Assembly (NCBI GenBank): GCA_040389905.1
Contig: JAZJZK010000027.1
Coordinates: 49,800-113,799, forward strand
Source: Gemmatimonadota bacterium
Lineage (GTDB): Bacteria; Gemmatimonadota; Gemmatimonadetes; Gemmatimonadales; Gemmatimonadaceae
DNA: 64,000 nt
Direction: 5' to 3'
Positions 19,116 to 28,581 of this stretch are shown here, one piece after another. The stretch's first letter is position 1. Each line of letters begins with the position of its first letter. The notes beneath the pieces are model-generated. The model saw only the letters and a program-made list of their open reading frames with translations. It searched no databases and had not been told where the DNA came from. The position numbers and the translations under genes are program-made.

Positions 19116-20950
19116 TTCCCGACGAGACGATCGAGCGCATTCGCGACGCGGCGGACATCGTCGGCATCATCGGGGAATACGTCGAGTTGAAGCGGCAGGG
19201 CGCAGACTACCGCGGCCCATGCCCATTTCACCAGGGCACGAACCGCAATTTCTCGGTCTCGCCGAAGAAGGCGATGTACTATTGCTTCGTCTGCAAGGAA
19301 TCGGGCGACGTTTTCAAGTTTCTCCAGAAACGGATTGGCCTCGACTGGCCGTCTGCCGTGCGTGCTGTCGCCGAGAAGTCGGGCATCGAAGTCGTCGAGA
19401 CACACAGCCGCCGGCAGCAGGAAGAAAAGGATGCGCTCGCGCCATTCTGGGAAGCAAATGGCGCGGCGGCGGATTACTTCAAACGGGTCCTCTGGGAGGA
19501 CGAGCTTGGCGAGCACGCGCGTGATTACCTCGGTGAACGCGGCATCAGTCGCGAGCTCGCCGAGCGCGCAGGGCTCGGCTTTGCGCCGCGCGAGATCGGG
19601 TTGATGCGTGCCTATCTGAACACGCTTGGCTTCGAGAACGAACGGTTGATCGAGGCGGGTCTTCTCGTCGTTCCGGACGAGGGCAGCGAGCCGCGCCCCA
19701 GGTTCAGGAATCGGCTGATCTTTCCGATCCTCGACGCGTCCAGCCGCGTCGTGGGCTTTGGCGGGCGTCTCCTCGGGCCGGGTGAACCGAAGTACCTCAA
19801 CTCCGCCGAGTCGCCCACGTTCAACAAGGGCAAGCTTCTCTACGGAATGCACTGGGCGAAGCAGGCCGCTCGGCGCGACGAGCGCATTCTCGTGGTCGAA
19901 GGCTACTTCGACCTCCTGCGCTTGCTCGATGCAGGCATTGAGAGCGTCGTCGCGCCGATGGGGACTGCGCTGACCGAGGAGCAGGCGAAGCTCATTCGTC
20001 GTTACACCCAGCGAGTGTTTCTGCTGTACGACTCGGATAAAGCGGGCCTCAAGGCGACGTTTCGTTCCGGCGATGAATTGCTGGCCCAGGGCGCCGCCGT
20101 GCAGGTGGTGACGCTTCCGGAGGGAGAAGATCCCGACAGCTTTGTGCGCACGCATGGCGCGAAAGGAATCGAGGCGCAACTCGCCAATTCGATCGATGTG
20201 TTCGAGCGAAAGATCCAATTGCTCGAGCGGGGCGGCTGGTTCTCCGACCTGCGCAAAAAGCGTCAGGCATTGGACCGGCTGCTGCCCTCCATTCGCGCAA
20301 CGGTCGACCCGCTCACCCGGGACATGTATCTCGGGTACGCCGCGACGGCCGCCGGTGTCTCACGCGACCTGCTCGAGCGTGAGCTGGCGGCGCCACCGCG
20401 CAACAGGCCAGGACGAAGCGCTGCCCGTACGGAGCCACCACCGGAGCAACCGTTCGAGCGCGCGTCGCTGCCGGTAATCGCACAGGTTCGGCAGCGCGAC
20501 CGGCGGCGCGTGGCGGGTGAGCGAGCCTCGAGCGCCGAGCGCGAGCTCCTTCGCGTGCTTCTGCATCGCCCACCCTACTTTGAGCAGGTGATGGAGCGCG
20601 CCGACGAGCACAGCTTTCGGGATCCTCAGCTCAAGCGGATCTTCGGGGCAATGATGGCGCACGGGGCGGATGCGGGTCCGGATGTCCTCGCCGAACATCT
20701 CGATGGGGACTCCGTCGTCATCATGCAGGAGTTACTCGAGGAAGACGGTGGCCTCGATCGCGCGGATGAGGTCGTCGTGGCGAGCCTCTCCGTCATGCAC
20801 GAGCGAAAGCTCACCGACCGCATGTCCGAGATCGACCGCGAAATGCCGATTGCGTCGGACGGGCAGAAGGACGAGCTGACCCGTGAAAAGCGTCAGCTGA
20901 TGGAAGAGCTTCGCAGTCTGGGCGGACGTTGGTGGAAGAAATTTCGATAA
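19112..20950 (+). CDS. dnaG: DNA primase
   Basis: CPFH..CFVC zinc finger, KYLNS, VEGYFD, YDSDKAG toprim. Confidence 0.96.
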   Translation: MIPDETIERIRDAADIVGIIGEYVELKRQGADYRGPCPFHQGTNRNFSVSPKKAMYYCFVCKESGDVFKFLQKRIGLDWPSAVRAVAEKSGIEVVETHSRRQQEEKDALAPFWEANGAAADYFKRVLWEDELGEHARDYLGERGISRELAERAGLGFAPREIGLMRAYLNTLGFENERLIEAGLLVVPDEGSEPRPRFRNRLIFPILDASSRVVGFGGRLLGPGEPKYLNSAESPTFNKGKLLYGMHWAKQAARRDERILVVEGYFDLLRLLDAGIESVVAPMGTALTEEQAKLIRRYTQRVFLLYDSDKAGLKATFRSGDELLAQGAAVQVVTLPEGEDPDSFVRTHGAKGIEAQLANSIDVFERKIQLLERGGWFSDLRKKRQALDRLLPSIRATVDPLTRDMYLGYAATAAGVSRDLLERELAAPPRNRPGRSAARTEPPPEQPFERASLPVIAQVRQRDRRRVAGERASSAERELLRVLLHRPPYFEQVMERADEHSFRDPQLKRIFGAMMAHGADAGPDVLAEHLDGDSVVIMQELLEEDGGLDRADEVVVASLSVMHERKLTDRMSEIDREMPIASDGQKDELTREKRQLMEELRSLGGRWWKKFR

Positions 20951-20997
20951 TCTTCGGCTCCGGAGTTATCATCCAATGCTAGGGTTGCAGGTTGAGT

Positions 20998-21032
20998 TGT
21001 CCCCTGTCACCTGACTCCCGTCCCCTGTCCCC
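20998..21032. repeat. Heptamer tandem repeat x5
   Basis: TGTCCCC TGTCACC TGACTCC CGTCCCC TGTCCCC. Confidence 0.7.
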
Positions 21033-21041
21033 TTTCGTTCA

Positions 21042-21749
21042 ATGCATCCTGACGTTCAGTCGCTGCTCGCCGTACAGGTCGATGATGTGCACGTGTATGC
21101 GCTCGAAGATCGCCTTGCGACGCTCGCTCCGAGGCTTGCGGCACTCGAGAGGGAACGCAACTCGGTGGCGTCGCAGCTCGAGAAGGCCAACGCCGGCGTC
21201 GCCGCGGAGGAATCCAGGCATCGTGAAGCAAACCTTCGCGTGGAGGCCAACCGAAAGCTGGTCGAGCGGAGCCAACGTGCCTACGAGAGTGTGACGACGC
21301 CGAAGGAGGCGAACGCCGCGTCCACACAGCTCGAGCAGACGAAGCGGATGGTGGACGACAGCGAGCGCGAGGCCGCGCAGGTACAGGGGCGGATCAATGA
21401 ACTGCGCCACGTCGTGGCCGATCTCGAGGTAGCCCTCGCGGACGTCGAGGAGCGACAGACCGCCGCACGCTCGGCGCTGGCAGACGAGCGCAAGGCAATC
21501 GAAGCGGAGATCGTGGCCGCGCACGCAAAGCGCGAGGTCACGGCGCGTGCCGTGCCGCGAGCGATGCTGACGAAGTATGATCGGGTTCGGCAGCGAAAGC
21601 GGAGCGAGTCTGTCTTTCCGCTGCGCGGCATGTCGTGCAGCGCGTGCGATACGGCGATCCCCACGCAGCGCCGCTCCGCGATGATCTCCCTGGGTGCCAT
21701 CGAGATGTGCGAAGGCTGTGGCGTATTGCTCTATGCTGCGGGGGAATGA
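21042..21749 (+). CDS. Coiled-coil + C4 zinc-ribbon protein (CT398/DUF164-like)
   Basis: Long coiled coil followed by CSAC...CEGC. Confidence 0.85.
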   Translation: MHPDVQSLLAVQVDDVHVYALEDRLATLAPRLAALERERNSVASQLEKANAGVAAEESRHREANLRVEANRKLVERSQRAYESVTTPKEANAASTQLEQTKRMVDDSEREAAQVQGRINELRHVVADLEVALADVEERQTAARSALADERKAIEAEIVAAHAKREVTARAVPRAMLTKYDRVRQRKRSESVFPLRGMSCSACDTAIPTQRRSAMISLGAIEMCEGCGVLLYAAGE

Positions 21750-21797
21750 TTACGGTTGACAGTTGAGCGGGCATTTCGCGATGTCTAGCTTCAGCGT

Positions 21798-23516
21798 ATG
21801 ACCGCGGCGCCACCAGTCTCTCGTCCACCCGCGCGGTGGATTCTTCCCGTTGCGCCTGACCCTGCAGAGGTTCGGGCGCTCTGCGAGGAGCTCAAGTTGC
21901 CGGAGCCACTCTGTCGGCTGTTGGCGGCCCGCGGTCACTCGCCCGCCGAGACGGCCAAGCGCTATCTGCGACCGCGGCTCGAACAGCTACTGCCCCCCGA
22001 GCAAATGCTCGACCTCGGTCGCGCCGTGGAGCGGTTGGTTTCGGCAATCAAGGCTGGAGAGACCATTCTCGTGCACGGCGACTACGACGTGGACGGGATG
22101 TGTTCGACCACGCTCCTGACGCGCGCATTACGGCTCCTCGGCGGCACGGTGGTGCCGTTCATCCCGCAGCGGCTCGTCGACGGCTACGACCTCGGCGATG
22201 CGGGCGTGAAGGCCGCGATCGCCGCGGGTGCGACCGTTGTCGTCACCTGTGATTGTGGCACCAGCGCGGTGGCACCCGTTGCTGCGCTTCAAGCGGCGGG
22301 CATCGACGTCATCATCTCCGATCATCACCTTCCCGGCGGCGACCTCCCGAACGCCTTTGCGGTGTTGAATCCAAAGCGGCCGGGCTGCGAATCCGAAGAC
22401 AAGGACCTCGCTGCCGTTGGCGTCGCGTTCAAGATCGCACTGGCAGTCACGCGCGCCATGGGAGGCAATGAGAACGCGATCTTTGGCATGCTCGATCTGG
22501 TCGCGCTCGCGACAATCGCCGACATTGCGCCGCTCCGCGGCGAGAATCGCGTCTTCGCGCGGTACGGTCTCAAGATGCTTGCCGATACGAGGAACATCGG
22601 CCTGCGGGCGTTGCTGCGCTCTTCGGGGCTGGATGGCAAGCCGCTCACCGCCGGCCGCATCGGATTCATTCTGGCACCACGTCTCAATGCCGTCGGGCGA
22701 CTCGACCGCGCGATGCGCGGCGTCGAGTTGCTGATGAGCTCCACCGAGCACGAGGCGAACGCCATCGCGCGCGATCTCGAGGAGCTCAACGCCAAACGGC
22801 AGGACATTGACAAGGCCGTGCTGCGCGACGCACGCAAGCGCGTCCTCGAGCTCGATCTCGACGAGACGTTCGGCATCGTGCTCGCGGATCAGAGCTGGCA
22901 CCCAGGGGTCATCGGAATCGTCGCATCGCGCGTCGTCGAGGAGTTCGGCCGTCCGACGATCCTCATCGGAGAAGACGGCAAGGGCTCCGGCCGGTCAATC
23001 TCTCGTTTCGATCTGCACGCTGGTATCGCGCGCTGTCGTCATCTCCTCGAGCGCTTCGGAGGCCATCGCAGCGCCGCGGGAGTGACGATCACGGCGGCCA
23101 ACGTCGAGGAGTTCCAACGCGCGTTCAACGACAGTGTGCGTTCGGAACTCGCGCTCGAGGACCTCATCCCGGAATTGCGGGTCGATCTCGAGGTCGACAT
23201 CGGTGAGATCGACGCCGACTTCGAAAAGCTCCTTCACCACCTCGAGCCGTGCGGCATGGGAAATCCCGCTCCAATGCTCGTCACGCGCGGTGTTCGCCTC
23301 GCGTCGCCGCCGCGCATCGTGGGTGAGACGGGTCTCAAGCTGCTCATCGCCACAGCGTCGGGAGAACCGCTCGAGGCCATTGGTTGGTCACTTGGCTCCC
23401 GGATCGGTGAACTCACGGGCACGAGCGTGATCGACATTGCGTACCGGCTCGAACGCGATGAATTCCGCGGGAAGTCGCGGCTTCAGGCGCGCTTGTCGGA
23501 TTTCCGCGTCGTCTGA
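21798..23516 (+). CDS. recJ: ssDNA exonuclease RecJ
   Basis: GDYDVDG, DCG, SDHH, RLNAVGR, GGH. Confidence 0.95.
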   Translation: MTAAPPVSRPPARWILPVAPDPAEVRALCEELKLPEPLCRLLAARGHSPAETAKRYLRPRLEQLLPPEQMLDLGRAVERLVSAIKAGETILVHGDYDVDGMCSTTLLTRALRLLGGTVVPFIPQRLVDGYDLGDAGVKAAIAAGATVVVTCDCGTSAVAPVAALQAAGIDVIISDHHLPGGDLPNAFAVLNPKRPGCESEDKDLAAVGVAFKIALAVTRAMGGNENAIFGMLDLVALATIADIAPLRGENRVFARYGLKMLADTRNIGLRALLRSSGLDGKPLTAGRIGFILAPRLNAVGRLDRAMRGVELLMSSTEHEANAIARDLEELNAKRQDIDKAVLRDARKRVLELDLDETFGIVLADQSWHPGVIGIVASRVVEEFGRPTILIGEDGKGSGRSISRFDLHAGIARCRHLLERFGGHRSAAGVTITAANVEEFQRAFNDSVRSELALEDLIPELRVDLEVDIGEIDADFEKLLHHLEPCGMGNPAPMLVTRGVRLASPPRIVGETGLKLLIATASGEPLEAIGWSLGSRIGELTGTSVIDIAYRLERDEFRGKSRLQARLSDFRVV

Positions 23517-23519
23517 ACG

Positions 23520-24041
23520 ATGCGCATCGTTGCTGGGCAGTGGCGCGGCCGACGGCTCGTTGTCCCGAAGGGCGACGTCGTGCGCCCGACCGCAGACCGG
23601 GTCCGCGAGGCGTGGATGAGCATTGTGAATCCCTGGCTCGCGGACGCGAAGGTGCTCGACCTCTTCGCCGGCTCCGGCGCCCTCGGGATCGAAGCGCTCT
23701 CCCGCGGCGCGGCGAGCGCCGACTTTGTCGAAACAGCGGCGCCGAGCCTCGCGTCGATCGCGCAGAACCTGGAGACGGTGGGTGCTGGAGATGCCGCGCA
23801 TGTGCATCGTCTCGACGCGCTCACGTTCATCGCCGCGCTGCCAGCGCATGCGTATGACGTCGCGTTTGCAGATCCACCGTACGACAAGGGACTCGCCGCG
23901 AAAGTCGCCGAGCGCTGGCTCGCCGAGCCGTTCGCCGACATCCTCGGCGTCGAGCATCGTACCTTCGAGCCTATGCCCGGAGGTGGCGAGAAGCGGAAGT
24001 ACGGTGGTACGGCCATTTCGTTCTATCGGTTCGAGGGATAG
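23520..24041 (+). CDS. rsmD: 16S rRNA m2G966 methyltransferase
   Basis: MRIVAG, RPTADRVRE, DLFAGSG, DPPY. Confidence 0.94.
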   Translation: MRIVAGQWRGRRLVVPKGDVVRPTADRVREAWMSIVNPWLADAKVLDLFAGSGALGIEALSRGAASADFVETAAPSLASIAQNLETVGAGDAAHVHRLDALTFIAALPAHAYDVAFADPPYDKGLAAKVAERWLAEPFADILGVEHRTFEPMPGGGEKRKYGGTAISFYRFEG

Positions 24042-24056
24042 AACGGCGCAATAGCA

Positions 24057-24156
24057 GGTGCGGGCCCTTCGCTTCACTCAGGGCGACAAAACGAGCGGAA
24101 CCTTACAACAGCACACGCTTGTTTTGTCGCCCTGGTCAACGCGAAGGGCCCGCACC
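24057..24156. repeat. REP-like palindrome, family B
   Basis: GGTGCGGGCCCTTCGC..CAGGGCGACAAAAC / GTTTTGTCGCCCTG..GCGAAGGGCCCGCACC; one arm recurs at 32489-32533. Confidence 0.85.
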
Positions 24157-24223
24157 GCCGCTTTCTGCACCTGTTGTTCCGCGTTCCGTTGCGCTTTAGC
24201 TCACACCCATCGATTCTTAGCCC

Positions 24224-24715
24224 GTGCCGAACTCACGCATCGCCATCTACGCGGGCAGCTTCGATCCGATCACGCGGGGACATGAGGACCTCATGCACCG
24301 CAGCCTCGAGTTCGTTGACACGCTTGTCGTCGCCGTCGCGACCAATTCGTCGAAAGCGCCATTGTTCACCATCGAGGAGCGCGTTGAGTTGATTCGCGCC
24401 TCCATTGGCGAGGACGCGCGCATCGAAGTGCGGTCGTTTGGTGGACTGCTCGTCGATTTTGCACGCGATGTCGGTGCATCGCTGCTGATTCGCGGGCTCC
24501 GCGCTGTGAGTGACTTCGAGTACGAATACCAGATGGCGCTCATGAATCGCCACCTCTCCGAGAAGCTCGAAACGGTCTTCATGGTGCCCTCACTCGACAC
24601 GACGTACATCAGCGCCAGCCTGGTCAGGGAAGTGGCGCGCTACGGCGGCGACGTGAGCGACCTCGTGCACCCGACCGTCGCCACCGCCATGCGCGCCAAG
24701 TTCGCACGATCGTGA
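24224..24715 (+). CDS. coaD: Phosphopantetheine adenylyltransferase
   Basis: YAGSFDPITRGH, RGLRAVSDFEYE. Confidence 0.96.
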   Translation: MPNSRIAIYAGSFDPITRGHEDLMHRSLEFVDTLVVAVATNSSKAPLFTIEERVELIRASIGEDARIEVRSFGGLLVDFARDVGASLLIRGLRAVSDFEYEYQMALMNRHLSEKLETVFMVPSLDTTYISASLVREVARYGGDVSDLVHPTVATAMRAKFARS

Positions 24716-25722
24716 GCTTTCTCGCCTCGCTGCATGCGCGTGCCGCCAGCCAGCCGCGCCGAATCGTATTCGCCGAAGCGTTCGATCCCCGCGTTCGGGA
24801 AGCGGTCCAGGCGCTCCAGTCGCGTGGAATCGTGCACCCGGTGCTCGTCGGTGAGGCGAAGGACGCAGTGCGCGGCGTCGAGCACATCGACGTCGCCGAC
24901 CCCACGTTCTCTGCAGACGTTGCTGCTGCAATCTTCCAGGCGCGATCATCAAAGGGCATGACGGAAGCCGAGGCCGCCAAGCAGGCGCGCTCCCCGTTGC
25001 TGGCCGCCAATGCGATGGTTCGACTCGGCCGCGCGGACGGCTGCGTCGCTGGATGTGTCGCCACGACCGCTGATGTGGTACGCGCGGCGCTATGGCTCAT
25101 TGGCGTCGCACCGGGCACCAAGACGCTCTCGAGTGCGTTCTATATGGATGTGCCCGCTTTTCGGTCCGCAGATGGTGAGGTGCTCACCTTCACCGACTGC
25201 GCCATCGTGAAGAAACCGAGTGCAGAGCAACTCGCAGATATTGCGCTCGCGGCAGCCGCTGACCGTCGCCGCATCGTCGGGGACGAGCCTCGGGTCGCAT
25301 TTCTATCGTTCAGTACGTACGGAAGTGCACGGGGAGAGAGCATTGACAGAATCCGCGCCGCGCTCGCCCTGGTTCGGTCGAAAGTACCCGAGCTCGCCGT
25401 GGACGGAGAATTGCAAGGGGACGCAGCGCTGATAGGGGCTGTTTCGGCGCGCAAGTCGCCGGACAGCCCGGTTGGCGGGCGGGCGAACGTGCTGGTCTTT
25501 CCGGATCTCGATTCGGGAAATATTGCGTACAAGCTGGTACAGCGGCTGGCGTCGGCGAGTGCGATCGGGCCCATCCTTCAGGGGATGCGCCATCCATGCA
25601 ACGATCTCTCGCGCGGAGCGAGTGCAGAGGACATCTTCAATGTGGCTGCCGTGACCGCCCTCCAAGCGGGCGATCACGCGGCCACGCTACTGAACGGGTT
25701 CCGTCAGGAGACAGACACATGA
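24712..25722 (+). CDS. pta: Phosphate acetyltransferase
   Basis: AFLSFST, DGELQGDAA, FPDLDSGNIAYK, NDLSRG. Confidence 0.88.
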   Translation: MSFLASLHARAASQPRRIVFAEAFDPRVREAVQALQSRGIVHPVLVGEAKDAVRGVEHIDVADPTFSADVAAAIFQARSSKGMTEAEAAKQARSPLLAANAMVRLGRADGCVAGCVATTADVVRAALWLIGVAPGTKTLSSAFYMDVPAFRSADGEVLTFTDCAIVKKPSAEQLADIALAAAADRRRIVGDEPRVAFLSFSTYGSARGESIDRIRAALALVRSKVPELAVDGELQGDAALIGAVSARKSPDSPVGGRANVLVFPDLDSGNIAYKLVQRLASASAIGPILQGMRHPCNDLSRGASAEDIFNVAAVTALQAGDHAATLLNGFRQETDT

Positions 25723-26051
25723 GCTTCTCGATCAAGAAGCAGGGTGAAATCGTCGTGGTAGATGTCGAAGGTCAACTCATCGTCGGAAATCGCCAGGAGC
25801 TCAAGCAGAAGGTGCTGGATGAGCTCGAGCGTGGCGAAAAGAAGTTCCTCATCGATTTTGCGCAGACCGGCTACATCGATAGCTCCGGTCTTGGCGTCCT
25901 CGTATCACTCTCCAAGAAGATTCGTGAACAGGGTGGGGAGCTCCGGCTTGCCAACCTCAACGACGATCTTCGCACGCTCTTCGAGTTGACGAAGCTCGAT
26001 ACACTGTTCCAGATCTCGGACACACGCGATCGGGCACTCTCCAGCTTCTGA
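25719..26051 (+). CDS. STAS anti-sigma factor antagonist (RsbV/SpoIIAA-like)
   Basis: YIDSSGLGVL phospho-Ser motif; AGGAG RBS; overlaps pta stop. Confidence 0.92.
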   Translation: MSFSIKKQGEIVVVDVEGQLIVGNRQELKQKVLDELERGEKKFLIDFAQTGYIDSSGLGVLVSLSKKIREQGGELRLANLNDDLRTLFELTKLDTLFQISDTRDRALSSF

Positions 26052-26147
26052 TGTCGTAGCGTCCCCGGCAACGCGGCCCACCCGTTGGTGGGCCGCGCTG
26101 CGTCGTCTGCGGGCCCGTGCACACGTTTCTCAGTGAGCCACTTTCCT

Positions 26148-26606
26148 ATGGCCGCGTTTCCAACGTCCAGCGTGGGCCTCCGCGTGTCGCTCCACGTCGA
26201 AATCCCGAGCGACGTCGCGTATATCGAACGGGTGGTCGACCTCGTCCGCCACCCATGCGCGGAACTGCAGTTCAATCCACACCATCTCGCGCTCAACGTG
26301 CCGGTCGCGCTGAGTGAGGCGTTGTCCAACGCGATCCTGCGGGGAAACCAGGAGAGCGCAACCAAGACGGTCAGGATCACGGCGGACGTCGACGTCACCA
26401 GACTCGTCGTCGAAATCGCCGATCAAGGCGCGCGCTTCGATCTCGATTCGAAAACGCGTGACGCCACCAGCGTCGAGAACCTCGAGCGCGAGGATGGTCG
26501 AGGACTGTTCTTGATGCGAAAGCTGATGGACAACGTCCAGCGCTTCGACGCGCCCGGTGGCGGCGTCGAGGGCAATGTCATTCGGCTTACGCTGAGCCGG
26601 CGTTGA
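26148..26606 (+). CDS. Anti-sigma factor/Ser kinase (RsbW-like HATPase)
   Basis: EALSNAILRGN, DQGARFD, GRGLFLM; start uncertain. Confidence 0.85.
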   Translation: MAAFPTSSVGLRVSLHVEIPSDVAYIERVVDLVRHPCAELQFNPHHLALNVPVALSEALSNAILRGNQESATKTVRITADVDVTRLVVEIADQGARFDLDSKTRDATSVENLEREDGRGLFLMRKLMDNVQRFDAPGGGVEGNVIRLTLSRR

Positions 26607-28198
26607 GCGAGCTTGGCGACGTCCTCGCCGCGTTCCACGAGGCGACCGCCTGTGATGCTGCCGTGTGGCGCCGGGAGGCCGGCCCGGCGTCGCCGCTCAA
26701 GTTCCTCGCGGGGACACGAAAGGGGTTGCCGCCGGCGGACGCGCTGCTTCCCGAGTCGGGGGCGATCACCGACGAGGTGACCGAGCACGGTCGGCTGCTT
26801 ATCGTGCCGGTCGCGGGCAGTCGTACGTCGTGGATTGTGCTGGGCCCATGCCCGGCGGATCGCGCCGCGCTGGATCGGTACCTCACCTTCCTTCGGCCAG
26901 TCGTCGCGCAATTCCTCCAGAACACGCTCGAGGTCGAGCACGCCGCGAACGAGTTGGCGGAGCGGTATGAAGAGATCAACCTGCTGTACTCCATCAGTGA
27001 AATCCTCGGACGCACGGTGTCTCTCGAAGAGGGCGCGGCGACGATCCTGCGCGAGGTCAGCGAGACGGTCGGTGCCCATCGCGGCTCGATTCTCCTTCAC
27101 GATCACGACAACCATTCGCTGAAGGTGATCGCTCGCATCGGCGGTGAAGGCATTCCCACGACGCCGATCGCCCTCGACGACGAATGCAGCGTGAGTGCAC
27201 GCGTCTTTCGCTCCCTTCAGGCTGTCATTGTGGATGACGGCGAGATGGTCTGCGAGGCGGAGAGCGCGTTCCGGCGTGGCGCCATGCTCACAGTGCCGAT
27301 CCTCTGGACGGCGCAGGACGGCAGCCAGCCCCTCGGCGTCGTGAATCTGTCCGATCGCCGGTCGGGGCAGGTGTTCACCGCCGGCGATCAGAAGCTGGTG
27401 ACGGCAATCGCCAGCCAGATCGGCGCCGCAATCCAGAACGCGCAACTCGTTCGCCAATCGCTCGACCAGCAGCGTCTCCAGCAAGAGATGCAGCTTGCGC
27501 ACGATCTGCAGATGAAGCTCCTTCCCGACGCCGCGCACGTCGCGCCGGAGGCCACGGTCGCCGCGCGCGTTGTTCCCGCCGAAGACGTTGGCGGCGACTT
27601 CTACAATCTGTACCGGCTACCGCAGGGGCGGATCGGTGTCATGATCGGCGACGTTTCCGGCCATGGATATCAGGCGGCGCTCATCATGGCGCTCACGATG
27701 AGCGCGTCCGCGATCCATGCCCAGGGCACTGACGATCCCGCCGAAATGCTGCGGCGATTGTACGTGAGCGTGAAGGAAGAGCTCACGACGACGGAGATGT
27801 TCGTCAGCGCCATGTACGCGGTCGTCGATCGCAACGCGGGTGTGCTGCGCTTTGGCAACATGGGTCATCCGCATGCGTTCGTCATCTCGCGCAATGGCGA
27901 CACCGAGCGACTGAGCGCCGGTGGCCCTCCCCTCGGCATGCTCGACGAGGCGCCCGACTCCGAGTCGAGGCCGTGGGATGTCGACGGTGACGTTCTGCTT
28001 CTTTTCACCGATGGCATCGCAGATGCGCGCAACGGTGAGGGCCGGCGTCTCGACGAAGAGCCCGTCCTCGAGTGCGTGCGAGAGCACCGGCATGAGTCCC
28101 CCGCGCGTATCGCGGAACTCGTCTTCGAACTCCTGGATGCGTACACCGGCGACGTCCCCCGTCGCGACGACCTCACTCTCGTGATTCTCAAGAGTTGA
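26603..28198 (+). CDS. GAF-domain PP2C phosphatase (RsbU/SpoIIE-like)
   Basis: GAF domain, VGGDFY, GDVSGHG, FTDG, DDLT. Confidence 0.9.
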   Translation: MSELGDVLAAFHEATACDAAVWRREAGPASPLKFLAGTRKGLPPADALLPESGAITDEVTEHGRLLIVPVAGSRTSWIVLGPCPADRAALDRYLTFLRPVVAQFLQNTLEVEHAANELAERYEEINLLYSISEILGRTVSLEEGAATILREVSETVGAHRGSILLHDHDNHSLKVIARIGGEGIPTTPIALDDECSVSARVFRSLQAVIVDDGEMVCEAESAFRRGAMLTVPILWTAQDGSQPLGVVNLSDRRSGQVFTAGDQKLVTAIASQIGAAIQNAQLVRQSLDQQRLQQEMQLAHDLQMKLLPDAAHVAPEATVAARVVPAEDVGGDFYNLYRLPQGRIGVMIGDVSGHGYQAALIMALTMSASAIHAQGTDDPAEMLRRLYVSVKEELTTTEMFVSAMYAVVDRNAGVLRFGNMGHPHAFVISRNGDTERLSAGGPPLGMLDEAPDSESRPWDVDGDVLLLFTDGIADARNGEGRRLDEEPVLECVREHRHESPARIAELVFELLDAYTGDVPRRDDLTLVILKS

Positions 28199-28241
28199 TC
28201 GGGCGGTCCGCAGCTACTAAAAAGGCGTTTTTCGGGGGAGA

Positions 28242-28500
28242 GAAGCAGATTTGACGGATTCCAGGGGACTCTACGGATTGTTCCATCACAAACAGAGAGA
28301 GAATCCGCTGCTGCAGTTCCGCACAATCTGCTTCATTCCCGACGAACGACGCCCCTCTCCGACGCCCTGTGTTCAAGGCCGCCACTATTGCGCGTCCGCG
28401 CAGATCTCGATTCAAGGGTGCTGATCCGGTTTGCTTCCGTGGCATCCGATGCGACAGCTTGAGGAACGGATTGAACGGATGCGCCTGAAACAACCCCGAT
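28242..28500. repeat. Cluster of family D arms and a related hairpin
   Basis: GAAGCAGATT..AATCTGCTTC hairpin 28242-28334; arms at 28423-28449 and 28459-28500 match 9494-9625. Confidence 0.7.
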
Positions 28501-28581
28501 TTCAAAGGCCAAGTCTTTGTGCATGGATGTCACAGGTCGTCCGCCGGCCAATTCGCACCATGAAGACGCTACATTCGGAGG

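Noticed and set aside
28188..28505. 105-aa minus-strand ORF
   Set aside because: It is composed of repeat arms, has a TTG start and no recognisable features.
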